Translations under genes and position numbers: made by a program | Shown here: piece after piece, positions 39,944 through 52,000 of the stretch | How the letters are laid out: every line of letters begins with the position of its first letter | Numbering within the stretch: position 1 is the first letter of the stretch | Notes under the pieces: generated by a model | Databases searched by the model: none | What the model was told of the DNA's origin: nothing | The model's input: the letters and a program-made list of their open reading frames with translations, nothing else | NCBI GenBank assembly: GCA_030141605.1 | Contig: JAQGDQ010000005.1 | Location: 1,922,180 to 1,986,179, forward strand | Reading direction: 5' to 3' | DNA: 64,000 nt | DNA from: Tubiluchus corallicola | Lineage: Eukaryota > Animalia > Priapulida

Positions 39944-41869
39944 ATGAGCCATCCTCGCAAAGACAAGGATGTTTACGCTACTGGTTTTTATGAGGTTCAC
40001 GAAATTGTTGTACCTCATTTAGGCCATGTTCCAATTGCAAAGGGAGATTTCAGTCGTTTGCCGAAAAAGGTGCAACAGTGGATAGCGAAAAAGGTAGATC
40101 TTTGCGAGCCACGTGCACTTTACATTTGCGATGGGAGTACTAGCGAAGCAGAAGAAATTATCCATAAGCTCATTGAACGCGGCAGCTTATTTCCATTGGA
40201 GGCAATGGAGAACTGCTATGTCACTCGTACTGACCCAGCTGATGTAGCTCGTGTGGAAGGGAAAACGTTCATTTGCACCGAGTCAAAGTTTGAAGCTGTG
40301 CCTCATGTAGCTGAAGGAGAAAGAGGTATTATTGGAAAATGGATGAACCCTACTGAGATGGGCAAGGAAATGGGCTCGCGATTTCCTGGTTGCATGAAGG
40401 GGCGTACAATGTATGTCATACCATTCAGCATGGGCCCTATTGGATCGAAGTTCTCTAAGATTGGTGTGCAGCTGACTGATTCCAACTATGTCGTTTTGTG
40501 CATGCGTATCATGACCCGCATGAGCCTTGATATATGGGAACACCTCGGAGATTCTGATTTCGTCAAATGTTTGCATTCTGTTGGTTGCCCTCGTCCTGTT
40601 AAGAGAAAGGTTGTGAATCATTGGCCATGTAACCCTGATCTAACCATGATTGCTCATTTTCCAGATGAATGGAAGATTGTTTCTTTTGGCAGTGGCTATG
40701 GTGGCAATTCGCTGTTGGGCAAGAAATGCTTTTCCTTGCGTATTGCAGGTAGAATTGCTAAAGATGAAGGCTGGATGGCTGAGCACATGCTGATATCTGG
40801 TGTGGTCAATCCGAAAGGACAAGAGCAGTTCATCACAGCCGCATTTCCTTCTGCTTGTGGTAAGACAAATCTTGCTATGATGATGCCCGATTTGAAGGAT
40901 TGGAAGGTTAGATGCGTTGGAGATGACATTGCGTGGATGCGTTTCCTTGATGATGGAAAATTGTATGGTATCAATCCTGAAAGTGGCTTCTTTGGAGTCT
41001 GTCCAGGCACCAGCCACAAGACGAATCCTATGGCCATGGAGACCTGTAAGACCAACACTATCTTTACTAACACTGCAATGACTTGTGACGGAAGAGTTTT
41101 CTGGGAGGGGCTGGAAGAAGAAATTGAGGATAAAGACGTTCCCATGATTACATGGTTGGGAGAGCCATGGAAGATTGGTATGCCAGGAAAGTCATCTCAT
41201 CCTAATTCTAGATTTTGCACTCCAGCTAGGCAGTGTCCAATGATTCATCCAAGATGGGAAGATCCTGATGGTGTACCTATCTCTGCTATTATGTTTGGTG
41301 GTCGCAGACCGCAAGGCGTGCCATTGGTATTCGAATGCTTTGATTGGAATCATGGTGTTTTCGTTGGAGCTTCTGTTAAATCTGAGGCAACTGCTGCGGC
41401 TGAATTTAAAGGAAAAGTCATTATGCATGACCCCATGGCAATGAGACCATTCATGGGCTACAATTTTGGCGAGTATCTGAAACACTGGCTGGAATTCGGC
41501 AAGAAACCTGGTCTGAAAAAGCCTCGTATTTTCCACGTCAACTGGTTCCGTGTCGATGATGATGGCAAATTCTTGTGGCCAGGATTTGGATGTAACATCC
41601 GTGTTATCGAGTGGATTCTTCGTCGCTGCAACGGGGAAGAAGGTATCGGCATTGAAACACCAATTGGTATAATTCCTAAAGAGGGAAGTATCAACACCGA
41701 AGGTCTTGGTCCAATCAAGTGGGATAAGCTATTTTCTATTCCCGCGGACTACTGGTTGGAAGATATGGTTGAAACTCACAATTTTTTCGTAAATCAGTTG
41801 GGTGTTGACTTGCCAGAAGAACTTAAAGTGGAAATGGAGAAACAAGAAGCCAGACTGAAAGCTATGTAA
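39944..41869 (+). CDS. PCK: Phosphoenolpyruvate carboxykinase (GTP), 641 aa, single coding exon
   Basis: Uninterrupted ORF with RTDPADVARVE, GRTMYVIPFSMGP, GSGYGGNSLLGKK, GWMAEHM, P-loop AFPSACGKTN, VGDDIAW, NPESGFFGV, HPNSRF, FGGRRP, HDPMAMRPF, FHVNWFR and WPGFG. Candidate AATAAA at 42671. Confidence 0.98.
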   Translation: MSHPRKDKDVYATGFYEVHEIVVPHLGHVPIAKGDFSRLPKKVQQWIAKKVDLCEPRALYICDGSTSEAEEIIHKLIERGSLFPLEAMENCYVTRTDPADVARVEGKTFICTESKFEAVPHVAEGERGIIGKWMNPTEMGKEMGSRFPGCMKGRTMYVIPFSMGPIGSKFSKIGVQLTDSNYVVLCMRIMTRMSLDIWEHLGDSDFVKCLHSVGCPRPVKRKVVNHWPCNPDLTMIAHFPDEWKIVSFGSGYGGNSLLGKKCFSLRIAGRIAKDEGWMAEHMLISGVVNPKGQEQFITAAFPSACGKTNLAMMMPDLKDWKVRCVGDDIAWMRFLDDGKLYGINPESGFFGVCPGTSHKTNPMAMETCKTNTIFTNTAMTCDGRVFWEGLEEEIEDKDVPMITWLGEPWKIGMPGKSSHPNSRFCTPARQCPMIHPRWEDPDGVPISAIMFGGRRPQGVPLVFECFDWNHGVFVGASVKSEATAAAEFKGKVIMHDPMAMRPFMGYNFGEYLKHWLEFGKKPGLKKPRIFHVNWFRVDDDGKFLWPGFGCNIRVIEWILRRCNGEEGIGIETPIGIIPKEGSINTEGLGPIKWDKLFSIPADYWLEDMVETHNFFVNQLGVDLPEELKVEMEKQEARLKAM

Positions 41870-44800
41870 ACACTGAGCAGCTGCTTCAGTGACACAGTGC
41901 TCATTGCACATATACCCATTTCTTGCACTAATGTTTTTTTTTCAGTTATTGCTCATTAAGTCTGTTACTTAAGTGTGTACTGTAGATGTCATAATGTGTA
42001 TTACTGAAGTGCTGCTGTAATAACTAGTCTCTACAAATGAAAATATTCGATAAAATGCAAGAAATGTTTTTGCACGCACTAGTCATAACATGGTGAGGTA
42101 ATAGTACAAAGTATTAATTTCATTGCAGTGGCAGTTTTGTTTTTCAGCCTGTATTTCAATACTTGTGAAGTATTTATTTGATGTTGCAGCTAAAACTTGA
42201 TCCATGTAGTTTTTGTGAGCAATAGCTGTTGCGGCGTGTTCCTGTAATACCTTTATGGTATCTTGTAGATCTCATATTGTGTTGTATCTAACCTGATTGC
42301 TCAAACGTTCGTTTCATTTTCTCCTGTTAAAATTTGCTCTTTCAAATCATTGTAATTTTATTTTAATATTACTTCAGTTAAATTACCTCTTGGAATTGTT
42401 GGTTGATATTGTTGACATGCGAGATAGCTTCAGGCCTAGGTGTAGTCAGATAACAGATGTGTGAGATTAAGATGTTTCATGTTATACTTATGGTAGACGT
42501 GTTTCACCATTTTATTTACCAGGCTTATCGTACTACCTACCTATACATTCATTTCACTTGTAGTAACTTTGAAGTTATGTAGCAATGTAGTGCTGCACAA
42601 TACTGAAATACTGTAGCACGGTTATTTACCATGTATCCATTGGTGTTTTGTCTAATGCTTTAGAATGTTAAATAAAAACTGTCAAATGGTCACATTTGAA
42701 ATTGTTTGCTTTAGTTTGTGTTGGTTTTATACGAAATCAAAATTTATTTCTGCAGTGTAATACTAAATGCTTGTGACTAACATAACTATGCTGCAGTACG
42801 TGTCTACTTGGTATAGTAAATTGAAACTCCAAGAAACTGGCTTTAAAGTTGAATTTCTGACAGTAGCAGCAACAGCAGCTGTAATAGCAGCAGAATTTCA
42901 TAATTAAATTTAATTTGTATGGTACTATACAAAGTGCAGACTACCACTTTGCTGGAAGTGCTGCTACCACTTTAACAAATAAATGTTTCTTGACGTAAGA
43001 ATACTAAACACCGAGCATTTCTTGTCAAAGTTTGTGTAAGTGAAAACAGTTATTCAAATGAGATTTGAGAACTCAGTTTTCATAAAATTTTGCAAACTTG
43101 GTAATTTTCAATACAAAATTTTGGTCGATTGTCACAAAGTACTGATACTGTAGATTAGTTAACTGTAACAATTTACACATTCAGCGTTTCATCTCAGGAT
43201 TATTCTTGATAGGCTAAGACTAAATCGGGTAGATTCGGGTCCTGTCACAGTTATCAGCATAATAAATAGGTTGTTCTATTTAGATCTGGATACCGATTTG
43301 CTGTGTAAAACAACACACTTACTTAAATTTTAGCTGCTACAGAAACTGAAATGGAGTGAATGCAGTGAATTAGGCTATTTAACTAATGCAACTGTTGTAC
43401 GAAAATAGTTGTTTTTGAAATAATAAAATCATTTATTACTGTACATTGCAGCATACTTAAAATGCTTAGGGATTTAGTGATTTCTTTACATGTACATACT
43501 ATTCTTATCTATTGATAATAATACAGTGGCTCGCAGCTATAGGCAGTTCTACGTACAGCAGCTATCTACTCTTGTGCACTCAAGATCGATTCTGTCAGTT
43601 GCTATGAAAGAAGCTCGAAGGTCACCTCCTGGATTTCGACTCACTAATGTAAGCTGATGCTGTCGTCATTGCGGGTGGCTTATTTTGGAAACTTCTGGCG
43701 TAGGGCTATTTTAGACTTTTAGAATGAATTCAGTGAAATTTAACGAAACCCATGTAAATTATCAAGCGACTACATGTACAAGAAATTACATTACATGCAG
43801 GGCCTGCAGGCACACTGTGCTTGTTAAAGTCTCGCATCGGTTATCACGAAAAATAGCAGGGTTGTTTTATTTTCTAGAAGTGCGTATTACAGTTTGAAAA
43901 CTGCTTGTACGAGATGTCTTCTTCAGTGTTCCTTAGCAACTTGGTATGCTATGATGCTAAAACTGAATTCACGGATATATGGCTACACGCATGCAAAGCA
44001 GCATTAGCTATAAATACTGCAGCGTTTAACAGGCGTAATGGTCCCCGCAGCCTGTTACATTATGCAGTCAGGTGCAGTTTGTATGTTTGCATTTGAAAGC
44101 ATGTTGAATTTTGCACAAGGTAATCAGACCTACAGTAAATTGTCACTGTTTACTGAAGTACTCGTTTCAGTCTAAGAGAACCTAGTGAACGAATTTTCAA
44201 TCACTGAAGATATATGTAGGGAAATTAATCACCAAAAGAAATTAAGCTTATGAATCGAAAATCCATTCTAGAATATTGCATACTGTAGTAGATACACCTT
44301 ATGCTGGATATGGTCTCGGTGTTTTTATTTACACTAGCTATGTATGCTTAGCTAATCTCAAACTCGAATATCAACTTTTATATAGTTGTGTTTGTTATTG
44401 TACTAATTATTGTCACAAAGTACAAGGTAAAGCAAAAATAAAGATGTCGGCCATGGCTAATTTTCAACATGAATTGATATATTTTAAGAAAATATCAATT
44501 TTGAACACCAAGTAAAGAGTAATTTCTGAGTAATAATGCAGTAACAGTAAATAATAAAATTTGTTTTTTATTAGTCAACCAAAAAACATCCTTAAAGTGA
44601 CTAAACACTTTTGCATGTTTTAGTTTTCAGGCATAACATACATAAACAAGATAAACAATGACAAAAATGAATACTGAAAATTACACATTTTGATCAGCAA
44701 TAAGCACAGTTTATTTTGAATGTTTTCAGTAAAATAAAGGTAAAATTTCATTGATGAAAAGAAGCTCAGATGTTAAAACATCAAATTTAGAGCATGTTCA

Positions 44801-46071
44801 GCACATACTCACATTTACAGAAAAAAATTATAGCTAAACAGTTAAAGCTAGGCTCATTTACCAAGTTCAATACGTGTTCTCTGGTTACAGAATCTTTTCG
44901 TGAACTGGCATGATATCAGGATAGAATTTTAATAACATTTTTTTCGATTTTCATATACTGCTTTTTATAAATCACTATACTTACATACTAGCCAATTAAT
45001 AGCTTATTTGCTCTCACAAAACCATGCATATTACGAGAAAAAATAAATTATTATATTAGCAAAACCTGGTTAGAAAATCAAATAATACTAATGCTTGTTG
45101 CATAACTAACAAGCCCATGATGCTACTCAATTACATATGGTACTTTAAATAACTATGTACTTTACTGTACAGATGTTCTGATTTCAATGACATGACTAGG
45201 TCAGTGACTGACTAACTCCACAGTGAGCAGCTATACGATTTTTATCTATTGTAAATCTACATCATAACTACAGTATCACCACATCATAAATGTAGTAAAA
45301 CTATATTTTACTACTGCAAAGTATGCTCAAGTCAAAATTAAATGTTGCTAATTGTAATGAGTTTAACTGCCACTCTCACTACAAATTATTTTTAAAACAT
45401 TTTAGTCATTTAACTTTGAAAAATGTACTAACTTCGTAAATTCTAGTTCTAAAGTTTTTCTACCACAAAAAAGATCTACATATCAAATTACGGGCCTACT
45501 ATCAAATCACGTTTTGCAATGTAATGAAAGAGAAATGGCTACCAAGAATACTATTAATAGCAAACATATTAAATTACCCAATTGCTTGCATAAAACAAGA
45601 AACTATGCATGATATATAATTTTGCAGTTTTCGTTACTACAAAAAATCCCTGCAAATAAAAAAACTACTTAAACAACACAACAACACAGAAGGCGGCAGC
45701 CTCTATAACTATTTAACTCACTGACAATATGAAATCCAATCCATCTTGACATATAATTATATAGTGGGACATATACACACAGAAATAGTAATTACAATAA
45801 CATAATATAAATATAACAGGCTATCTATAGAGCTATTTACAACTAATTGCTAATTAATTTCAGAATTTTATGATTTCACTGATGAATAAATAAATTACAA
45901 GATGATATTTTTACTAGCAGTAAAAGAAACAAAAACAGTATACACTTTTAAAGCAATGTAGGAGAACACATAATTGTATACATATTTACAAAAAATATAA
46001 GTAAAAAGCATGACGTAAACTCGTTCGATGACTTTCGTACACAGAGGTATGCCTGGACTTTGGCAAGTTCA

Positions 46072-49000
46072 TCAACACTTGTGTTCAACATTAGTAGTAC
46101 ATGTTGCATTGTTTGAAATCAGGCGGCAGCACCAGTACCCCAGTCCTCGAACCAGCCTCTGAGGAATTGCACATGGCTGCAACTTGGCAAGTACTGATCC
46201 AAACTGTTTGATATAGTCAGTAACAATTGTTAAGGAAACTAATTTTAAACGATTGACAACCAGAAACTTTATTCGCAAACACAGTACTGCAGTAAAGTAT
46301 ATAAAATCCTAACTCACAAATATTAAATTTTTGGCAACCAAACAATCAAAAAAGTGAAAAAAATCAGCAATGACTATGAATTTGAACCAAATGTCATGAC
46401 GAATAATCTACACCACCCCCTCTGACAAAGGCAGGTTATAGTTCAATGCCAAACTTTCAACTTCTCCAAGCTTTACATAACTTATGTATTGCTTCCACAT
46501 AAATTCAAATTCATAAAAGTAAATTTTGTTGTTTTTTTTGTACAGCCCAGCACTCTGCAAACGAGAGTGAAGCAGGGACAACCAGGAACATTATTTACAA
46601 ATACCTCTGTTTTCGGCCATAATTCGTTCCTAAAAAGAGTTTGAAAACCAATTTGGTTGAGTACCTAATCATTTATTCCCATAAGAAATAATGTAAAAGC
46701 AAATTATCCGTTCTCAAGCACCAAATGAACTGTAAAGTATTACTAAAACGAAATACAATAATGCAAAAATGTTTACTCAAACAGTAGCTATGATATAATG
46801 GATAAGAAAAACAATAGAATTATTTAGAAAGAAAAACATAATTATTCCTGTAAAAAGCAGAGAAAAATAAGCGGAGAGAGCACTTAGCGATGTTAGGTGA
46901 TTCAAATGTTGTGCATTTGACTACTCTCAGGCGCGGTCAGTTACGCTCGACTCAACTCAGCTCGCTGCTCATGCGTTCATCACGTGTTTGGCGGTTGGTC
47001 GAGAGTAGAGACAATTTCAGCTCGAATTTTCTGGTCGAAAACCAATTTGTACGAATACGGAGACAGTCGACAACCGAGGTATCACTGTACAACACTGAGG
47101 TCAAGTGTTTGTATGCTTAACACATAAATATTAAATTTTTTGAAACCAAACTAGTGACTATGAAATGACGCATAGACTGCATCACTTCTTGTGACCATGG
47201 CAGTGTGATGCTAATAGCTTAGTGTGATATTAACAGCTTGTCAAACACTTCGACTTTCCCAAGTTTTTTATTTCACTTACTTATTTCTTTCACCAACAAT
47301 TCAAATTCATAAAAGCAATTTTTTTGTACAGCATAACACTCTGCATAACACTCTAACACACTACTTCATGTAAACTGGCAGTCAAGAATGATCCTTTATC
47401 TTGCAGAACCAGCTAGGTATTTTAGTACCATTTAGAAGCATATTCATTGTCTCTCAATGAAGAAAACAGCCAAAAGCAATCGGATGCACAAAATGCAGAA
47501 TATTATAATAATATTTTATTCACTTGTGTATGAACCAGTTTTGCCATGCTTAACTAGGATCACTAAGCACACACAATAAGCATCTATCCTAGTGAAAAGC
47601 AACCAAAGTATTCCACAGATGCAGCAGATGGAATTGGCAATCTCAGCTTGAGTTAGACGAGTCACTCAATGTAGATATTAACATGTTCATTCATTACATT
47701 ACGTTTTTGTTTTAAGTGAGTGAATGAGACAGGTATCATTAAGTATGATTTGTACAAACTTCCAAATACGGCTAAGAAAGCTCTGCCGCTTCAATGTCCC
47801 ATTTTAGATAATCATTGATAAAGAGTTAGTGTCTGCCAAACTATGCCAAACTATATAAAAATGTGCTTAACTTACAACACATAGTTATACTTGACCAATA
47901 TTGGCTGTGATATTACATACGTAAAACATATGAACCAGTATAAATAGATATATAGGTGTCTACGTAGACAATGTGAAAGCAAAAAAGGATATATAAAACT
48001 CCAAGGTGGTTGTCCACCATTGATGTACAATACGTATGTGTATCCGTCACTGGCAACACCCTAAAACAATATGGCCCAATTACACATTTGATCATAAAAT
48101 ATTATTACTATGCAGCATGCATGTAAAAAAATTTTCTCACAATCATAATTGTATCATTACAACACATAAAGAAGTAAAATCATTATCTGGTGACACTTAA
48201 ATTGAGGTAATAATTTCAAAAGGCCCAGGCAGCATTGAATGTGTGTTATTAACTTATTACTATAACATTTCCTGTTTGAATATAGTTCTGTCTTAGAGAT
48301 AACAGATGCAGAATATTAATAAAATTCAAAAAGAAGAAAAATACTGGGAGAAAAGTTTAGAATATTGTGTCATGAGCTAGTTACTAAATAGATATAACAA
48401 CATTTTCCGATCATTTGAAGGAATGTTTAATTTTAGTGAAGAGCACTAAAATGTATTACTGGTAATACAAACCAGTAAACATAGTTATAAACATATAATA
48501 AAAATACGGGCTGCTGTAGTTTATCAGACACCACAGCAGCTGCAGTGCTTTTGCCAGAAATGAAATGGTAATCAGCTTCACATAATGTAAGCCTACTAAT
48601 AATAAATTATAAATTAGATTTGCCTAGCCCATTGTTTCGGATTCATCTAGATGACTGTTTTCATTGAACTGTTTGCATGGTACGAGTAGCTGATAAAAGA
48701 ACTGCAGTAGACCTACATGTAGCGCTGTGTTGGCATAAACTAATTATAATGCAAAAAACAATACGTCAAATTTACCCGTATTGAATAATAGAATGGCAGG
48801 AAACAATGTCTTGAGAAACGCTGCTTTTCATAGAAGTTGATTGCACTCTTGTTTGATGACAACACGTGCAAGTAGATTGCTTTGCAGTTTGACCTTTCAG
48901 TGCAGGATAAATAGGACAACAGGTTGTCCAACAACAGTGATGCTAAAATTATAAATCAACTTTAAACAATGTTGTACGAATAACTGGTACAAAATCAATA

Positions 49001-52000
49001 AAAAATAGTAATCTAATTTGTTGCAAAAATGGATTTTTATCTGAATTTACGTTTTTGTAAATTATAGTTTTGTTTGGCAGCTAGTCATTTAGAACAATTA
49101 ACAATTCACTATATCACATCTCAGTGTCCCGCTATTGTCCCCAATTTGTCAAGCAGACAGGCAAGTCCCAATAAGACAAGCAGTTTGGCTCATTGTACAA
49201 GTAACCACCATTTACAAAATTTTGTTTCACCTTTCTTAACCCTGATTGTCTTGCTGATAGCCTTTCTAAACCTACTGCTACATAAACATGTATATATCGC
49301 ATGATATTATACAGCTCTGTACATTAGGCAAAGCACAGTGATAACAGTCCCTACAGACCGTGTGGTAAATTTTAAGGGTGACACTTTACGTACACATATT
49401 TAATGACTGATGTTAACGCACTTATTCACAAACACAAAACATGAGACTGAGATGCAAACAAATGCAGATCTTGCAAAATTTTTGAAAACTAGTAGACGCT
49501 CGTCAGGCAAATTCACAAATTGATTATGTAAATTAACGCTAAGTTGCATAGTAAGTTAGTAAAATTGCACAACCCAAAGCAAAAATGGTATTAAGATCAA
49601 TGCTAATATTTACATTAACATTTTTGCACCTTTTTCAAAGACCTCAGACCAATAGGCATAGCTTAGTTTTCTCCAAAAGCTTTCATATAACATATTGCAA
49701 AACATATTTTGCACAGCCCCTATAAAAGGTAGCCTACAACCACATTCCAAACTACCCACCCCCATCCCAGGAACTGTGAGGTACTTATACTTAATACTTC
49801 AATGCACCTGTTTGTTCAGCTTTATTATGGCATACACTAGAGATACTTCAAAAAGTTCCCTAATACATGGCCAATTTGCAATATTACCTTCACCAATAAT
49901 CCCATTCCAAACCGCCATAGTGTATTTTTAAAGCAATTTATGTCACGATCTGGGTCAGGTTACACTAAAAAACACATTTTGAATGATCCCCAACAAAAAA
50001 TAAACTTGCAGTGTCACAATTACGACAAGTTTGCACATGGGTTCATCAGTTTGCCTAGTTTCAAGTTTCTATGCACTGTTTGCAATTAAAACTTTCAAGC
50101 GAAACCAAACTGATCATGCCAAAAGTCGAGTACAATGTACTTTCCTGCTGGATCCATCAACTACATGTAGACCACTTTCGAATGCCATAAAAATAAAAAA
50201 AAATTGTGAAAGTTTTTGCCCCAGCTCCCTGCAAGGCAGGATCCTGCTAGACTCAAATATGATTTAATTTTATTTCTTAAGTAATAGTGTGACCTCCTTA
50301 TGTTATCATATTACAATACACCACTCAAAAAAACAAACCGTCAGACATCATTTCTTTGTGGCTCTAACTTTCAAACTATGCAATGAGGTGGGATGAGTTA
50401 TACATAAACTATACACTAGGAAAATAAAAAAGATGTAGAAAAGTGCTCCCACCAGACAAAAATTTGCTAGTTACATTTTGTACCACAGTGCTAGCTTGTT
50501 TTGACACTTCGGAGAAAATAATATGCTAAGCAAATGCTTGCATGGAACATCTATTTTTCGTCTACTTTTAATTTATACCTACTTTTGCAGTATCTACATG
50601 TTCTATCATCTACTTTCTTCAGAATCTATACCTACCTGATGGCTACATCTACTTTGTATAACATATCTTCTTTATCTACTTTGGTATACAAAATTAAAAA
50701 CTTTCTCGTAATTCATGGGTACTAAGATTAATATTACATCAGCAAAAGTCGACCATTTGTTATGACAGCTTAAGTGGCTGCTTCTTTTCCATGAGTTATA
50801 ACCGCATATGTTATTTTTGATTTTTGTAGATGTCTGTAAAATGATTACCAGCAGTAACGATAATCAATTTTTTTTGACGATACGATACAATAAATTATTT
50901 CAAGCGATAAAAATGAAAAATGATACTGAAGTTAGACAATTTAAGCAAAACAGAAAAGGCATCATTAATAATTAAAGCAAAACAGGACGATTTTTCACAT
51001 TCAACCCCATTTTGATGTACGGTAAAATGTACATAATAATGCCAAAGCAGGTAATAGGCTAAGAACTTATTTAAAGGTGTGTGAGCCCAGCTAGTTATGA
51101 CGTCACAAACGAACACAATTTTCAACAGCACAAAAATTCCATAAGCCTGTTGACCGTGTTTGCAAAAGCTGAAAATTGAAGTACAGTGTTACCATACAGC
51201 ATTCGGTATAATATACAAAAACTCGGCAAATTTCAAGATAAAATTTAAAATTTTAACATTTTACCACTGTGCTCATGCATGAGCTCTCGAATGTGTGTAG
51301 TATTACGTCACAAAAGAGCAGCTCTAAACCGAAAGGTACAGCACCTGTTTTTCATGCAATGTGTTTCCGAAATTCAGGCACCAGTGCCCATCTAACTAAC
51401 GAATGAAAAAATGTATGTAACAGCGAAGAACTAGCCACGGGAACACGAAATTACTTTTGTGTGGTAATAATTCTTTCATGTAAGTCATTCTTTGAAAAAT
51501 AGTACATTCCCTTTCAATATTTTAAGGAGTAGATTGTTTTGACCCACAGTTTAGGATTGGATCCGGTTTTCCTTTAAAATTATTATGTGCTTCAGGTCAT
51601 TCAGTGCTGTTTACTGAAATGGCTGCTAATTATGAAACACAAATTTTCTGTATCTATGTCTAACAAAGAGGCATGATATCTAATTATAATTATATTACTT
51701 TTTTAACACACTTAATATTCAATGCATTCAATACTTAAATTAAATCAGATTAATATGGTTGTACTATACACACGACAAATATAGACAAATACTAAAATAG
51801 CTAGCTTCAGAAATCCATCTGTTACTGTTAGTCAGTGAGCAAGTGGTCTATAAAACCTAATAATTATATTATTATGTGCTCTCAATATTGTTTATCTCTG
51901 CTTGGTTAAATTTCTAGAACTCATAAAAAGAAATTTACATAAGTACAAATTGCTTATGTAAATAAAATAGGTAGTTTCGCAAAAGCAGCCATTGTTGCTT

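Larger units (their letters stand above)
46220..47992 (-). other. U12-type (minor spliceosome) AT-AC intron, last intron of NAA60
   Basis: 5' site ATATCCTTT (47992-47984), branch site TTCCTTAAC (46237-46229), terminal AC (46221-46220). Splicing restores ...PPWSF-I-DYIKQF in frame. Confidence 0.95.

Noticed and set aside
41871-41910. Hairpin and CAGTGC just after the PEPCK stop as an iron-responsive element
   Set aside because: The bases flanking CAGTGC do not form the canonical 5-bp stem plus C bulge.
40283-41911. Multiple minus-strand ORFs overlapping PEPCK
   Set aside because: Antisense shadows of a codon-biased CDS with no independent motifs.
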